Shown: positions 24,840-34,696 of the stretch, in pieces
How the letters are laid out: each line of letters opens with the position of its first letter
Position numbering within the stretch: the stretch's first letter is position 1
Assembly: GCA_036271555.1 (NCBI GenBank)
Contig: DATBAK010000084.1
Span: 15,053 to 79,052, forward strand
Reading direction: 5' to 3'
DNA length: 64,000 nt
Source of the DNA: Acidimicrobiia bacterium
GTDB taxonomy: Bacteria > Actinomycetota > Acidimicrobiia > IMCC26256 > PALSA-610
Translations under genes and position numbers: made by a program
The notes under the pieces: generated by a model
Told to the model about the DNA's origin: nothing
The model's database searches: none
Seen by the model: only the letters and a program-made list of their open reading frames with translations

Positions 24840-25742
24840 ATGCGCATCGGAATGTTCGGTGGCGACACCGCGAACCGCACGATCGACGACGTGATCGCCG
24901 CGGCGCGGGAGACCGAGGCCGCGGGCTTCGCGTCGTTCTGGCTGCCGCAGATCTTCGGCATGGACGCGATCAGCCTCCTCGCGGTGGTCGGTCGCGAGGT
25001 GCCGCGCATCGAGCTCGGCACCGCGGTCGTGCCGACCTACCCGCGCCACCCGATGATGCTGGCGCAGCAGACGCTCACGACCCAGGCCGCGACCGGCGGC
25101 CGTTTCATCCTCGGCATCGGGCTCTCGCACCAGATCGTGATCGAGGGCATGTTCGGCCTGTCGTTCGACAAGCCGGCGCGCCACATGCGCGAGTACCTCT
25201 CGATTCTCGTGCCGCTCGTGCACGGCGAGGACGCGCAGTTCGCAGGCGAGACGTTGAGCGCGCACGGATCCGTGAACGTTGCCGACGCGCCGCCGTGCCC
25301 GATCCTCATCGCCGCGCTCGCGCCGCGCATGCTCCAGCTCGCGGGCGCGGTCGCCGACGGCACGATCACGTGGATGACGGGTCCCGCGACGCTCGCCGAG
25401 CACACGATCCCGTCGATCACGAAAGCCGCACGCGACGCCGGCCGGCCCGCGCCGCGCGTCTGCGCGTCGCTGCCCGTGTGTGTCACCGACGACACGGATG
25501 CGGCGCGTGCACGCGCCGCGCAAGAGTTCTCGGTCTACGGCATGCTGCCGTCGTACCGGGCGATGCTCGACCGCGAAGGCGCGGCCGGCCCCGCCGATGT
25601 CGCGATCGTCGGCGACGCAGCGACGGTACGCGACGCGGTGAACCAACTCGGCGACATCGGCGTCACCGACTTCGCTCCCGCGCTCTTCGGGTCGCCCGAC
25701 GAGGCCCGCGCAACACGCGACCTGCTCGCGAGCCTGTTGTAG
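24840..25742 (+). CDS. LLM-class (luciferase-like) F420-dependent oxidoreductase
   Basis: ATG at 24840 follows GGGAGGA. The TIM-barrel LLM pattern is present (FWLPQIFGMDA..., GRFILGIGLSHQ..., ITWMTGP). Confidence 0.8.
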   Translation: MRIGMFGGDTANRTIDDVIAAARETEAAGFASFWLPQIFGMDAISLLAVVGREVPRIELGTAVVPTYPRHPMMLAQQTLTTQAATGGRFILGIGLSHQIVIEGMFGLSFDKPARHMREYLSILVPLVHGEDAQFAGETLSAHGSVNVADAPPCPILIAALAPRMLQLAGAVADGTITWMTGPATLAEHTIPSITKAARDAGRPAPRVCASLPVCVTDDTDAARARAAQEFSVYGMLPSYRAMLDREGAAGPADVAIVGDAATVRDAVNQLGDIGVTDFAPALFGSPDEARATRDLLASLL

Positions 25743-25869
25743 CCCCCGACCCTCGCGTGTCGAGGTTGTGTGAAGGCGCGTTGCGACATCATCCCGCTCG
25801 ATTCGCGCTTCGAATAACCCCCGATTGCACGGCCCGGAGCCGTGCACCGAACAGGGGGCAAGAAAACCC

Positions 25870-26265
25870 ATGTCGATCGTTCGACTTCTCCCGGCGTGGC
25901 TGCACGCCATCGCAGACTACGCGGTCGGCGGTTTGCTCGTCATCGTCGCCCTTGCCGTCGGCGGCAGCAACGGTGCCGTCGCAACCGGCGTCGTCGTCGG
26001 TGCCGTCGTGCTCCTCGTGAGCATGCTGACGAAGTACCCACTCGGTGTCGTGAAGGTGCTGCCGTTCACCGTGCACTCGGCCGGCGACTACCTCGCCGTC
26101 GCGCTGCTCGTGATCGCGCCGTTCGCGCTGAACTTCCACCGTGGCGACGCGGGGCTGACCGCCTTCTACATCGTGGCCGGCATCGCGGTGCTCGCGGTGA
26201 GCCTCGTCACGAACTACCAGTACCGCGACAAGCGCGAGTGGGCACCGAGCCCCGCCGCGGCCTAG
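25870..26265 (+). CDS. small 4-TM membrane protein with internal duplication
   Basis: Two similar halves (HAIADYAVGGLLVIVALAV / HSAGDYLAVALLVIAPFAL), each followed by a second hydrophobic helix. I recognise no family. Confidence 0.5.
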   Translation: MSIVRLLPAWLHAIADYAVGGLLVIVALAVGGSNGAVATGVVVGAVVLLVSMLTKYPLGVVKVLPFTVHSAGDYLAVALLVIAPFALNFHRGDAGLTAFYIVAGIAVLAVSLVTNYQYRDKREWAPSPAAA

Positions 26266-26325
26266 TCACCGACCACGGCAGCAATCTCACACGCGGGAAG
26301 GGAGCGCGCCGTCGTTTCCACCAGC

Positions 26326-26399
26326 ACGGGCGGGTCGCTTTGCGGCCCGCCCGCCTCGTCGCGTGAGGCGTCAGGAGGGCGAAGCTTGCGAGCCCGACC
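26326..26399 (+). repeat. repeat family A, copy A3 (divergent)
   Basis: CGGGCGGGTCGCTTTGCGGCCCGCCCG hairpin followed by GCGTCAGGAGGGCGAAGCTTGCGAGCCCGACC, between convergent genes. Confidence 0.5.
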
Positions 26400-26427
26400 G
26401 AAGGCGCTGCGCTCCCGTCGTCGCGTC

Positions 26428-26751
26428 TCAATCCTTCAATTCGACGAGGATCTCGCGATATCTCTGGGTTCCGGTGTTGACCGCGGTCTCGACGCCGCCG
26501 CGCGCGACGAACGTCGCCTTGCCGATGGGTACCGGGAAGTCACCGGAGTCGCGATACGCACCCGCGGTGTCGGGCTCGACCTCCACGCCGATGCGATCAC
26601 CGGCGAGCGGCACGAGCAGGTAGTCGAGCGTGTGCTCGTGCACGTCGGAGCGCGCGCCGGGCTCCAGCACCATCTCCCAGATCCGGACGCGGTCGTTCTC
26701 CCACACGAGGCGGGTCCCCACGGCTCCGAGCACGCGGTCGTCGGGCGTCAT
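26428..26751 (-). CDS. cupin domain protein
   Basis: 107 aa, single cupin barrel with VHEHTLDYLLVPLAG. Confidence 0.6.
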   Translation of the reverse strand: MTPDDRVLGAVGTRLVWENDRVRIWEMVLEPGARSDVHEHTLDYLLVPLAGDRIGVEVEPDTAGAYRDSGDFPVPIGKATFVARGGVETAVNTGTQRYREILVELKD

Positions 26752-26780
26752 CGTCGTCCCCCTGACGTAGCGTCCCCATC

Positions 26781-27485
26781 ATGACCGATGCGACCGGCGC
26801 GTCCCCGTCGAGCGAAGGCCGGGCCCGGTCGCCACTCATGCTGCTCGAGCCGCTCGCGGTGACCGAGGTCGAGATCACGCCGTGGTTGCATCACGTCGAG
26901 GTGTACACGCTGCGCGGATTGCTCACACTGTTGTGGCACGGACCGCGCGACACCGATCGCGTCGTCATCACCGTCGGCGGCGGGATGGGCAGCCTGCTCG
27001 GTCCCGCGGGCGGGATCTACCACTACCTCGGCGAGACGTTCGCGGCCGACGGCATCGCGACGATCCGCGTCGGCTACCGCAAGCCGAACCATCTTCCCGA
27101 TTGCGTGCACGACGCCGCCGCCGCGGCCGACCTCGCGGTACAAGGCGGCGCGAAGGGTGTCGTCACCGTCGGCCACAGCTTCGGCGGCGCGGTCGCGGTC
27201 CAGGCCGCGATCGCGTTCGGCGCGCTCGCGCGCGGTGTCGTCACGCTCGCGACGCAGTCCGCGGGCTGCGAGGACGCCGAGCAGCTCGGCAACACTCCCC
27301 TGCTGCTGTGCCACGGCGATCGCGACGAGATCCTGCCGGCGCAGACGAGCGAGGTCGTGCGCATGCTCGCGGGTCACGGCGAGCTTCGCTTCTACGCGGG
27401 CGCGGGCCATCTGCTCGAAGAGGCTCGCGACGAGCTGCGCGCGCTGCTCACCGAATGGATTCCCGCGCGGCTCGGTGCGTCCTGA
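26781..27485 (+). CDS. alpha/beta hydrolase (dienelactone hydrolase-like)
   Basis: Nucleophile elbow GHSFGG, followed by GDRDEI and GAGH elements. Confidence 0.7.
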   Translation: MTDATGASPSSEGRARSPLMLLEPLAVTEVEITPWLHHVEVYTLRGLLTLLWHGPRDTDRVVITVGGGMGSLLGPAGGIYHYLGETFAADGIATIRVGYRKPNHLPDCVHDAAAAADLAVQGGAKGVVTVGHSFGGAVAVQAAIAFGALARGVVTLATQSAGCEDAEQLGNTPLLLCHGDRDEILPAQTSEVVRMLAGHGELRFYAGAGHLLEEARDELRALLTEWIPARLGAS

Positions 27486-27495
27486 AGGAGCGCGT

Positions 27496-28164
27496 ATGGC
27501 GACGTTCGTGATGGTGCCCGGCGCGGGTGGTTCGGGCTGGTACTGGAACCTCGTCGCGTCGCGACTCGAGCGCGCCGGTCATCGCGCGACCGCGGTCGAC
27601 CTTCCCGGCGCCGACGAGCACGCGGCGCTCCCCGAGTACACGCGTCTCGTCGTCGACGCGATCGGCGACGCGTCCGACGTCGTCCTCGCCGCGCAATCGC
27701 TCGGCGGCTTCACCGCGGCGATGGTGTGCGCGACGACACCGGTGCGCGCGCTGGTACTCCTCAACGCGATGATCCCGGTACCGGGTGAGACACCCGGAGC
27801 GTGGTGGGGCAACGTCGGCGCGGTCGAGGCGCGCGAGGCGGCCGCGGCCACGGGTGGCTACGGCGACTTCGACGAGGTCACCTATTTCCTCCACGACGTG
27901 CCGGCCGCGGTCGTCGCCGAGAGCGGCCAGCACCAAGGCGCGGAAGCCGACGCGGTGTTCGCGTCGCCGTGCGAGTTCGACGCGTGGCCCGCGATCCCGA
28001 TCCGCGTGGCCGCGGGTGCCGATGACCGCTTCTTCCCGCTCGACTTCCAGCGCCGCGTCGCGCGCGAGCGATTGGGGCTCGCCGTCGACTCCGTTCCCGG
28101 CGGCCACCTCGCTGCGCTCTCGCACCCCGACGCGGTCGCCGCATACCTCGAAGGCGCGATCTGA
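27496..28164 (+). CDS. alpha/beta hydrolase (esterase, SABP2/methylesterase-like)
   Basis: ATG at 27496 follows GAAGGAG. Starts MATFVMVPGAGGSGWYW, has elbow AQSLGG, and ends with GGHLAALSHP. Confidence 0.75.
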   Translation: MATFVMVPGAGGSGWYWNLVASRLERAGHRATAVDLPGADEHAALPEYTRLVVDAIGDASDVVLAAQSLGGFTAAMVCATTPVRALVLLNAMIPVPGETPGAWWGNVGAVEAREAAAATGGYGDFDEVTYFLHDVPAAVVAESGQHQGAEADAVFASPCEFDAWPAIPIRVAAGADDRFFPLDFQRRVARERLGLAVDSVPGGHLAALSHPDAVAAYLEGAI

Positions 28165-28204
28165 CGGGTCGGGATCGCGCGTGGTCGAGCCGCGCGCTCG
28201 CGCG

Positions 28205-29137
28205 CTATGTGCCCGCGAGCGCGGCGACGACGGGCGCGAAGTCCTCGAAGTTGTCGCCCCCGACGACGACGTTGCTGACGCCCCACTCGTCGCGCCGCTT
28301 CTGCAGCTCGTCGATCATCTCCGGGATCGTGCCGATGAGCGCGGCGCCCGAGCCGAGGACCTCTTCGGGCGTCGTGTCGAAGCCGGGTGCGACCGCGGCC
28401 GCGAACGAGGGCGCGTCGTCGGTGATCGCGAGGACGAAGTAGCGGATCTGTAGCTCGATCGCGTCGAAGCGATCGCCCGCGCCTTCGCGGATCCAGCCGA
28501 TCTTCTTCGCCGTCTCTTCGCGACTCGCGCTCTTCGCGGCGTCGGTCGTCACCGCGCCGGCGCGCAGGTTCGGGTTGATGCCGACGATGTTCGCCTCGCG
28601 CCCCGCGAGCCGGAGCACCTTCGGTGCGCCACCGCCGATGAGGATCGGCGGGCCCGGCTGCTGCACCGGCTTCGGGATCGCGTCGTAATCGGTGATCGTG
28701 TAGTGCTTGCCCTGGAACGAGAACGCGCCGTCGGCCCAGCAGCCCTTGATCACCTGGAGCGCTTCGTCGAGCCGCGCGATGCGCGTCCCCGCGGAGTCGT
28801 ACGGGAGGCCGAGCGCGTCGTAGTCGGACTTCATCCAGCCCGCGCCGATGCCGAGCTCGCAGCGACCGCCGGAGATCTCGTCGATCGTCGCCATCTCCTT
28901 GGCGAGGATCGCGGGGTGCTTGTAGTCGTTGTCGAACACGAGCGCGGCGACGCGCAACGTCGTCGTGTACGCGGCGGCCATCGCGAGCGCGGGCATCGGC
29001 GCGAGCCGCGTGTCGATGAAGTGGTCGGGCATGTAGAGCGTCGAGTAGCCGAGGTCCTCGACCTGACCCGCGAAGCCGCGCCAGTCCGCGTTCTCGATGC
29101 CGCTCGCCTGCACGCCGAACCGGAACGGATGGCTCAT
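28205..29137 (-). CDS. LLM-class F420-dependent oxidoreductase
   Basis: FRFGVQ...GYSTLYMPDHF...LGIGAGW...PPILIGGGAPKVLRLAG. It is a paralog of the next gene. Confidence 0.85.
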   Translation of the reverse strand: MSHPFRFGVQASGIENADWRGFAGQVEDLGYSTLYMPDHFIDTRLAPMPALAMAAAYTTTLRVAALVFDNDYKHPAILAKEMATIDEISGGRCELGIGAGWMKSDYDALGLPYDSAGTRIARLDEALQVIKGCWADGAFSFQGKHYTITDYDAIPKPVQQPGPPILIGGGAPKVLRLAGREANIVGINPNLRAGAVTTDAAKSASREETAKKIGWIREGAGDRFDAIELQIRYFVLAITDDAPSFAAAVAPGFDTTPEEVLGSGAALIGTIPEMIDELQKRRDEWGVSNVVVGGDNFEDFAPVVAALAGT

Positions 29138-29149
29138 CGTCGCACTCCT

Positions 29150-30091
29150 CTACTGGCCGGCGAGCTTCGCCACGACCGGCGCGAACTGGGTTATCGCCTC
29201 GTGCGGGATCACGGTGTAGCTCATGTGCCACCGCTCGCGCCGGGCTTCGAGCAACTCCACGATCTCCGACTCGGAGCCGACGAGCGTCACCGGCGCCATC
29301 ACCGCGTCGTCGGCGGGCACACCGAAGCTGCCCGCCATCGCCTCGACGATGCCCGTGCGATCGTCGGTGAAGTGCACGAAGCCGACGAGCGTCTGGATCT
29401 CGAGGTCGTCGAAGTGCGCGCCCGCGGCGTCGCGCAGCCACTGGATCTTCTCGTCGGTGCGCGCGCTCGTGAGCGAGCTCGCGGCGTCGCTCGAGTTGCC
29501 GTCGCCCGAACGGAGATTCGCGTTCACGCCGACGATCTGCGCCTCGCGCGCCGCGAGCGCGAGCACCTTCGGACCGCCGCCCCCGATCACGAACGGCGGA
29601 TGCGGCTTCTGCACCGGCTTCGGCTCACCGTCGAGCTCGGTGACCGTGTAGTGCTCGCCGTGGAACGAGAACGGTCCGTCGGCGAACAGACCCTTGAGGA
29701 TCGTGATCGACTCCGCGAGGCGCGCGATGCGCACGCCGGCACGATCGAGCGGCATCCCCGCCTTCTCGTAGTCGACCGTCATCCACCCCGCGCCGATGCC
29801 CATCTCGAGCCGGCCGTCGGAGAGGAGGTCGATCGTCGCGGCCTCGCGTGCGAGCACGACCGGATGCTTGTAGTCGTTGCCGAGCACGAGCGGACCGACG
29901 CGCAGCGTCGTGGTGACCGCGGCCGCGGTCGCGAGCGCAGGGATCGGCGCAAGGGGGTGCTCGACGAAGTGGTCGGGCACGTACAGCGTCGAGTAGCCGA
30001 GCGCCTCGGCCTGGCGCGCGGTCTCCGCGAACTCCTGCGCCGAGCCCGTCTTCGGAACGATCACCCCGAAGCGGAACCGCCTCTCCACCAC
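29150..30091 (-). CDS. LLM-class F420-dependent oxidoreductase (paralog)
   Basis: FRFGVI...GYSTLYVPDHF...MGIGAGW...PPFVIGGGGPKVLALAA. Tandem with 28205-29137. Confidence 0.85.
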   Translation of the reverse strand: MVERRFRFGVIVPKTGSAQEFAETARQAEALGYSTLYVPDHFVEHPLAPIPALATAAAVTTTLRVGPLVLGNDYKHPVVLAREAATIDLLSDGRLEMGIGAGWMTVDYEKAGMPLDRAGVRIARLAESITILKGLFADGPFSFHGEHYTVTELDGEPKPVQKPHPPFVIGGGGPKVLALAAREAQIVGVNANLRSGDGNSSDAASSLTSARTDEKIQWLRDAAGAHFDDLEIQTLVGFVHFTDDRTGIVEAMAGSFGVPADDAVMAPVTLVGSESEIVELLEARRERWHMSYTVIPHEAITQFAPVVAKLAGQ

Positions 30092-30143
30092 GCCCCCTGT
30101 CGCCGCCGGTCGTTGCCGGCCGCACGCTAGAGGGTGGCGCGCC

Positions 30144-30626
30144 TCAGGTGCCCGTCGAGCCGAACCCGCCGAGGCCGCGGTCGGAGTCGTCGAGCGATTC
30201 GACCGCGCGCCACTCGACGGCGGCGACGCGTTGGATCACGAGCTGCGCGATGCGGTCGCCGCGCGTCACCGTGAACGACTCGTGCGGGTCGAGGTTCACG
30301 AGCAGCACCTTCAGCTCGTCGCGGTAGCCCGCGTCGACGAGCCCGGGCGTGTTGAGCACCGTGACGCCGTGGCGCAGCGCGAGCCCCGAGCGCGGCTGCA
30401 CGAATCCCGCGTAGCCGGGCGGGATCGCGATCGCGACACCGGTCGGCACGAGCGCGCGCCCGCCGCCCGGAGCGAGCACCGCGTCGCCGCGCGCGACGAG
30501 GTCGTAGCCGGCGTCGTGCGAGTGCTGGCGTGTGGGTAGCGACAGGCCGGGATCGAGTTGCCGGATCGCGATCGCGAGCGGTTCGACGCGCTGCGCCGCC
30601 GCGAGGTCGATCGTGGGCTCAGCCAC
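30144..30626 (-). CDS. dut: dUTP diphosphatase
   Basis: AGYDL, PRSGLA, GLVDAGYRDE and GGFGSTG motifs. Its start overlaps the end of the DUF3501 gene by 8 nt. Confidence 0.9.
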   Translation of the reverse strand: MAEPTIDLAAAQRVEPLAIAIRQLDPGLSLPTRQHSHDAGYDLVARGDAVLAPGGGRALVPTGVAIAIPPGYAGFVQPRSGLALRHGVTVLNTPGLVDAGYRDELKVLLVNLDPHESFTVTRGDRIAQLVIQRVAAVEWRAVESLDDSDRGLGGFGSTGT

Positions 30627-31197
30627 GGAGGTCGCGCACGAGCTCGGCGTGCTGCGCGTCGTCGAGCCGCGTCTCGACCGAGTAATCAGGGTGTGTGACG
30701 ACGAGCTTCACCGGACCCGACGCGAGCCGATCCGCCGCCGCGCCGACGCGGAAGCGCAGGAAGTGCACGGCTGCGGTGATCTCCTCGCGCGTCAGCCGCT
30801 CCTCGTCGCGCGGCTCGCCGGGGATCGTCGTGCCGTCGTCGAGCACGAGCGCGACACATCGGTCGATACCGACGAACTTCGGCAACCATTCGCGCAGCTC
30901 CGCTTCGGTGCGCAGCTCCAGGAACAGCGTGGCCGACAGCTCGCCGTCGTCGGGCACGAGCTCGTTGTACGTCGCGACCTCGTGCTCGATCTGCTCGTCG
31001 CGCAACATGCGCTCGGCACGCGCCATCTCCATCACCTGCCAGCGCATCGTCTCGGTGTTCTCGAAGACGACGCTGACGTAGTCGCCGAGCGCGACGCGCC
31101 GGCGCTTCTTCAGCGCGATGACCGACGCGCGGATCTCGGCACGCTCGCGCTCGTAAGCGCGGCCGTCGAGGATGTCGTCGACCGTGAGCTTGCGCAT
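30619..31197 (-). CDS. DUF3501 family protein
   Basis: 192 aa starting [35 protein letters not shown], typical of DUF3501 proteins, which are often linked to rubrerythrin. Confidence 0.7.
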   Translation of the reverse strand: MRKLTVDDILDGRAYERERAEIRASVIALKKRRRVALGDYVSVVFENTETMRWQVMEMARAERMLRDEQIEHEVATYNELVPDDGELSATLFLELRTEAELREWLPKFVGIDRCVALVLDDGTTIPGEPRDEERLTREEITAAVHFLRFRVGAAADRLASGPVKLVVTHPDYSVETRLDDAQHAELVRDLRG

Positions 31198-31240
31198 GCC
31201 GCCCTCCTCCGTTGAGAACGCGGACGGCCCCGGACACTGC

Positions 31241-31308
31241 CGGGGCCGTCGGTGGTGCCCGCCTCTCCGACTGGGGAGTCAGGAGCGGCGAGCGCAGCGA
31301 GTGCGACC
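31241..31308 (+). repeat. repeat family A, copy A4
   Basis: Contains the 27-mer GGAGCGGCGAGCGCAGCGAGTGCGACC (31282-31308), identical to 39951-39977. It lies between the rubrerythrin stop and the DUF3501 start. Confidence 0.65.
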
Positions 31309-31315
31309 AATCAAC

Positions 31316-31735
<420 letters not shown>

Positions 31736-31781
31736 CGTTGCTCCTTCTTGGCTGACTGGATCGATTCGAATCGGTTCGGAT

Positions 31782-32216
31782 CTATTGCGGATCGGGCGCG
31801 CTCGCGCACGTGTCGCACGAGCCGCGGAAGATCACGTCGACGGCGTCGACGCGAAAGCCGGCGCGGTGGCGGCGCGGCAGCGTCAGGTCGGGGAAGTCGA
31901 CCGGGACATCGCGCACGCGCCCGCACGAGTTGCACACGACGTGGTGGTGCCGGTGCTCGACGTTCGGGTCGACGCGCACCTGACCGGTACCGACGTCGAG
32001 GAGTCGCACCTCGCCGAGCGCTTCGAGATCGTGCACGGTCTGGTACACGGTCTTCAGCGAGATCGCGGGCATCGCGACGCGCGCGGCGTCGAACAACGAC
32101 TCGACGGTCGGGTGCTCGGTGTTGCCGGCGAGCTGCGTGACGATCGCCATGCGCTGGGGCGTGACCCGCAGGCCCTGCTCGCGCATCGCGCTCATCAACT
32201 CGGCGGCGTTCCTCAC
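31782..32216 (-). CDS. Fur family transcriptional regulator (PerR/Fur-like)
   Basis: GLRVTPQR winged helix, HHHVVC and two CxxC pairs (CNSCG, CDTC). The GTG at 32216 lies 7 nt downstream of a TAAGTT -10-like hexamer, which suggests a leaderless mRNA. Confidence 0.85.
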   Translation of the reverse strand: MRNAAELMSAMREQGLRVTPQRMAIVTQLAGNTEHPTVESLFDAARVAMPAISLKTVYQTVHDLEALGEVRLLDVGTGQVRVDPNVEHRHHHVVCNSCGRVRDVPVDFPDLTLPRRHRAGFRVDAVDVIFRGSCDTCASAPDPQ

Positions 32217-32223
32217 GCCGTCG

Positions 32224-32253
32224 AACTTACTGACAATGATTGTCAGGAAGCAA
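32224..32253 (-). promoter_or_regulatory. candidate leaderless promoter with embedded Fur-type 7-1-7 operator
   Basis: Read on the minus strand: TTGCTT (-35), an 18-nt spacer containing TGACAAT-C-ATTGTCA (plus-strand coordinates 32231-32245), TAAGTT (-10), then 7 nt to the GTG. The box differs from the classical Fur box TGATAAT-n-ATTATCA at one position per half-site. Confidence 0.5.
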
Positions 32254-32273
32254 GCTGTGGCGCGCAGCCGCGC

Positions 32274-32744
32274 TCAGGCGCTGACGCGCTCCCGCTCGTC
32301 GTGACCGGGGCGCTCGTCGCCCCACCGCAGCAGCACCGCGACGCCGCTCTCGGGAACGATGATGCGTACCGGGTCGATGCCGTGACTGCTCAGCTCCACG
32401 AGGTGCGTGCGCTCGGCACCACCCAGCAGCCCGGTCAGCCGGCGGTTGTTCGGTCCGAGCACCGCCACGCGCGCGGGCAGCTTCGCGTCGAACGCGATCG
32501 GCTCGGCGGGGCTGTCGGGCTCGCGGAGGACGAGCCGGCCGCGATCCGTGAACACCGCGTTCACGAGGGCGCCGCGCTCGCGCACGCCGAACGCGCGTGC
32601 GAGCTCGCCCTCGATCTCTTCGTCCTCGTAGTAGGCGACGAACGACTCCGACGCCGACTCACCGGGGGCGAGACCGAGCGCGCGCTCCCACGCACTGTGC
32701 CCGCGCTGGTCGCGCGTCGGCTTCTTCCGTACTCGCTTGGGCAT
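32274..32744 (-). CDS. hypothetical protein
   Basis: ATG at 32744 is preceded by GGGGGAG. The 156-aa product (MPKRVRKKPTRDQ...) shows no family I recognise. Codon bias is consistent with coding. Confidence 0.4.
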   Translation of the reverse strand: MPKRVRKKPTRDQRGHSAWERALGLAPGESASESFVAYYEDEEIEGELARAFGVRERGALVNAVFTDRGRLVLREPDSPAEPIAFDAKLPARVAVLGPNNRRLTGLLGGAERTHLVELSSHGIDPVRIIVPESGVAVLLRWGDERPGHDERERVSA

Positions 32745-32881
32745 TCGCTCCCCCGGCTCACGGGTCCCCACCGACCCGTCCTCATCGACCGGGAGCCGGA
32801 CCTCCTTGAGGCGATGAGTGCGGTTGCGCCGCATTTGTCCGAGTCGAGGCGCCACGGCGGGCGCTGTGGGACGATCGGCGG

Positions 32882-34696
32882 GTGAGCGACGCGGACCTGG
32901 TGGTGCGGGGCGCCACCGTCGTCGACGGCCGCGGCGGGCCCCCGTTCGCGGCCGACGTCGGCGTGACCGGCGGCGTGATCACGGCGATCGGGACGGTCGG
33001 CCCCGGGGGCGGCGCCGAGGAGCTCGACGGCCGCGGCCTCGTGCTCGCACCCGGCTTCATCGACGCGCACACGCACCTCGACGCCAACCTCTTCTGGGAT
33101 CCCGACCTCACGCCGTCGTCGAGCTTCGGCGTCACCACCGTCGTCACCGGGAACTGCGGCTACGCGCTCGCACCGCTCGGCACCGGTGCCTCGCGGGACT
33201 ACGTCGTCGAGACGCTCAGCGAGGTCGAGCAGATCCCGATCGAGGCGATCCGTGCCGGCGTGCCGCTCGACTGGTCGACGCTCGACGACTACTTCGCGCG
33301 CCTCGACTCGACGCCCGCGCTCCTGAACTTCGCGACCCACGCGGGGCACGTGCCGATCCGCACCGCGGTGATGGGTCCCGACGCGGTGCACGACCGCACC
33401 GCGACACCGGACGAGATCGAGCGCATGAGCGCGCTGCTGCGCCACGCGCTCGAGCTCGGCGCGCTCGGCGTCACGACCGATCAGGTCGTCGGCAACGTCG
33501 GTCCGCGCGGCACGCAGCTTCCCGGTCAGGTGTGCAGCGACGACGAGCTGCTCGCGTTCGCGCGCGTGCTCGCGTCGGCTTCCGGACCGGGGTGGCTCGC
33601 GATGGCGCCGCGCGCGCTGCTGCTCGACCGCGCGGCACGCGAGGACGACCTGCGCTTCCACGAACGCCTCGCGGCGGCGAGCGCCAAACCGGTCGTGATC
33701 GGGCCGTGCTTCGACCACTTCGAACAGCCCGGGGTGGGCTTCGACCTGATCGAGGCGACCGCGCGCTCGCGTCGGCCCGGCGTGACCGTGGTGCCGCAGG
33801 TCTCGGTGTTCGTATTCGAGCTGTGGCAGCGACTCGACGACAACCCGCTGCTCGTGCGCGTGCTGCCGACGCTGCGGCGCGCCGTGCGCGACGACGGTGT
33901 CGACGGGCTGCGGCGCGTCGCCGCGGATCCGGCGGCGCGCTCGCGATTGCGCGACGAAGCCCGCGCGATCACGCCGTTTCCCGTGTTCTCCGGCCGTTGG
34001 GACCACGTGTTCGTGCGCCAGGTCGTCGATGGCGCCCGGTTCGGCGCGCTCGTCGACCGCGACCTGGCGACGCTCGCGCGCGAGCAGGGCGTCGAGCCGG
34101 TCGACGTGCTGCTCGACACCGCGATCGCCGAAGACTTCGCCACGCAGTTCTCGACGCTCATGCGCAACACCGACGACGACGAGATCGGACGCATGCTCGC
34201 GCATCCCCTCGCGCGCATCGGCGCGTCCGACGCGGGCGCGCACGTGCTGTCGAACACGGACTCCGCGTACGCAGTGTGGACGCTCCAGCACTGGTGCCGC
34301 GAGCGCGGGGTGCTCACGCTCGAGCGCGCGGTGCAGATGCTCACCGCCGACCAGGCCGACCTGCTCGGCATGCCGGAGCGCGGCCGCATCGCGGTCGGGC
34401 AGGTCGCCGACCTCGTGCTCTTCGACCCCGATCGCATCGCGCGTACCGGCGTCCGCTTCGTCGCGGACCAACCCGCAGGCGGACGACGCCTCGTGTCGGA
34501 AGCCACCGGCGTCGCGGCGTCGGTCGTGAACGGTGTGGTCGCGACGCGCGATGGTCACTCGACCGGCGCGCGATCGGGCCGCTTCCTGCGGGCGACCTCG
34601 CGTGAGTGGCCGAGCCCGCGAGCACAGCGAGCAGGGCGACCCGACTCACTCCCACCTCGCGTCGCGGAGCGGCGAGCGAAGCGAGCGCGACCATGA
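32882..34696 (+). CDS. N-acyl-D-amino-acid deacylase (D-aminoacylase) family amidohydrolase with repeat-encoded C-terminal extension
   Basis: DLVVRGATVVDG, GFIDAHTHLD and VTGNCG motifs. The family-typical C-terminus (..GARSGRFLR) is followed by about 30 extra residues read through repeat copy A5. The stop overlaps the next ATG (ATGA). Confidence 0.8.
   Translation: MSDADLVVRGATVVDGRGGPPFAADVGVTGGVITAIGTVGPGGGAEELDGRGLVLAPGFIDAHTHLDANLFWDPDLTPSSSFGVTTVVTGNCGYALAPLGTGASRDYVVETLSEVEQIPIEAIRAGVPLDWSTLDDYFARLDSTPALLNFATHAGHVPIRTAVMGPDAVHDRTATPDEIERMSALLRHALELGALGVTTDQVVGNVGPRGTQLPGQVCSDDELLAFARVLASASGPGWLAMAPRALLLDRAAREDDLRFHERLAAASAKPVVIGPCFDHFEQPGVGFDLIEATARSRRPGVTVVPQVSVFVFELWQRLDDNPLLVRVLPTLRRAVRDDGVDGLRRVAADPAARSRLRDEARAITPFPVFSGRWDHVFVRQVVDGARFGALVDRDLATLAREQGVEPVDVLLDTAIAEDFATQFSTLMRNTDDDEIGRMLAHPLARIGASDAGAHVLSNTDSAYAVWTLQHWCRERGVLTLERAVQMLTADQADLLGMPERGRIAVGQVADLVLFDPDRIARTGVRFVADQPAGGRRLVSEATGVAASVVNGVVATRDGHSTGARSGRFLRATSREWPSPRAQRAGRPDSLPPRVAERRAKRARP
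34603..34692 (+). repeat. repeat family A, copy A5 (two half-units)
   Basis: GAGCACAGCGAGCAGGGCGACCCGACTCACTCCCACCTCGCGTCGCGGAGCGGCGAGCGAAGCGAGCGCGACC. It ends 1 nt before the ATG at 34693. Confidence 0.6.
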
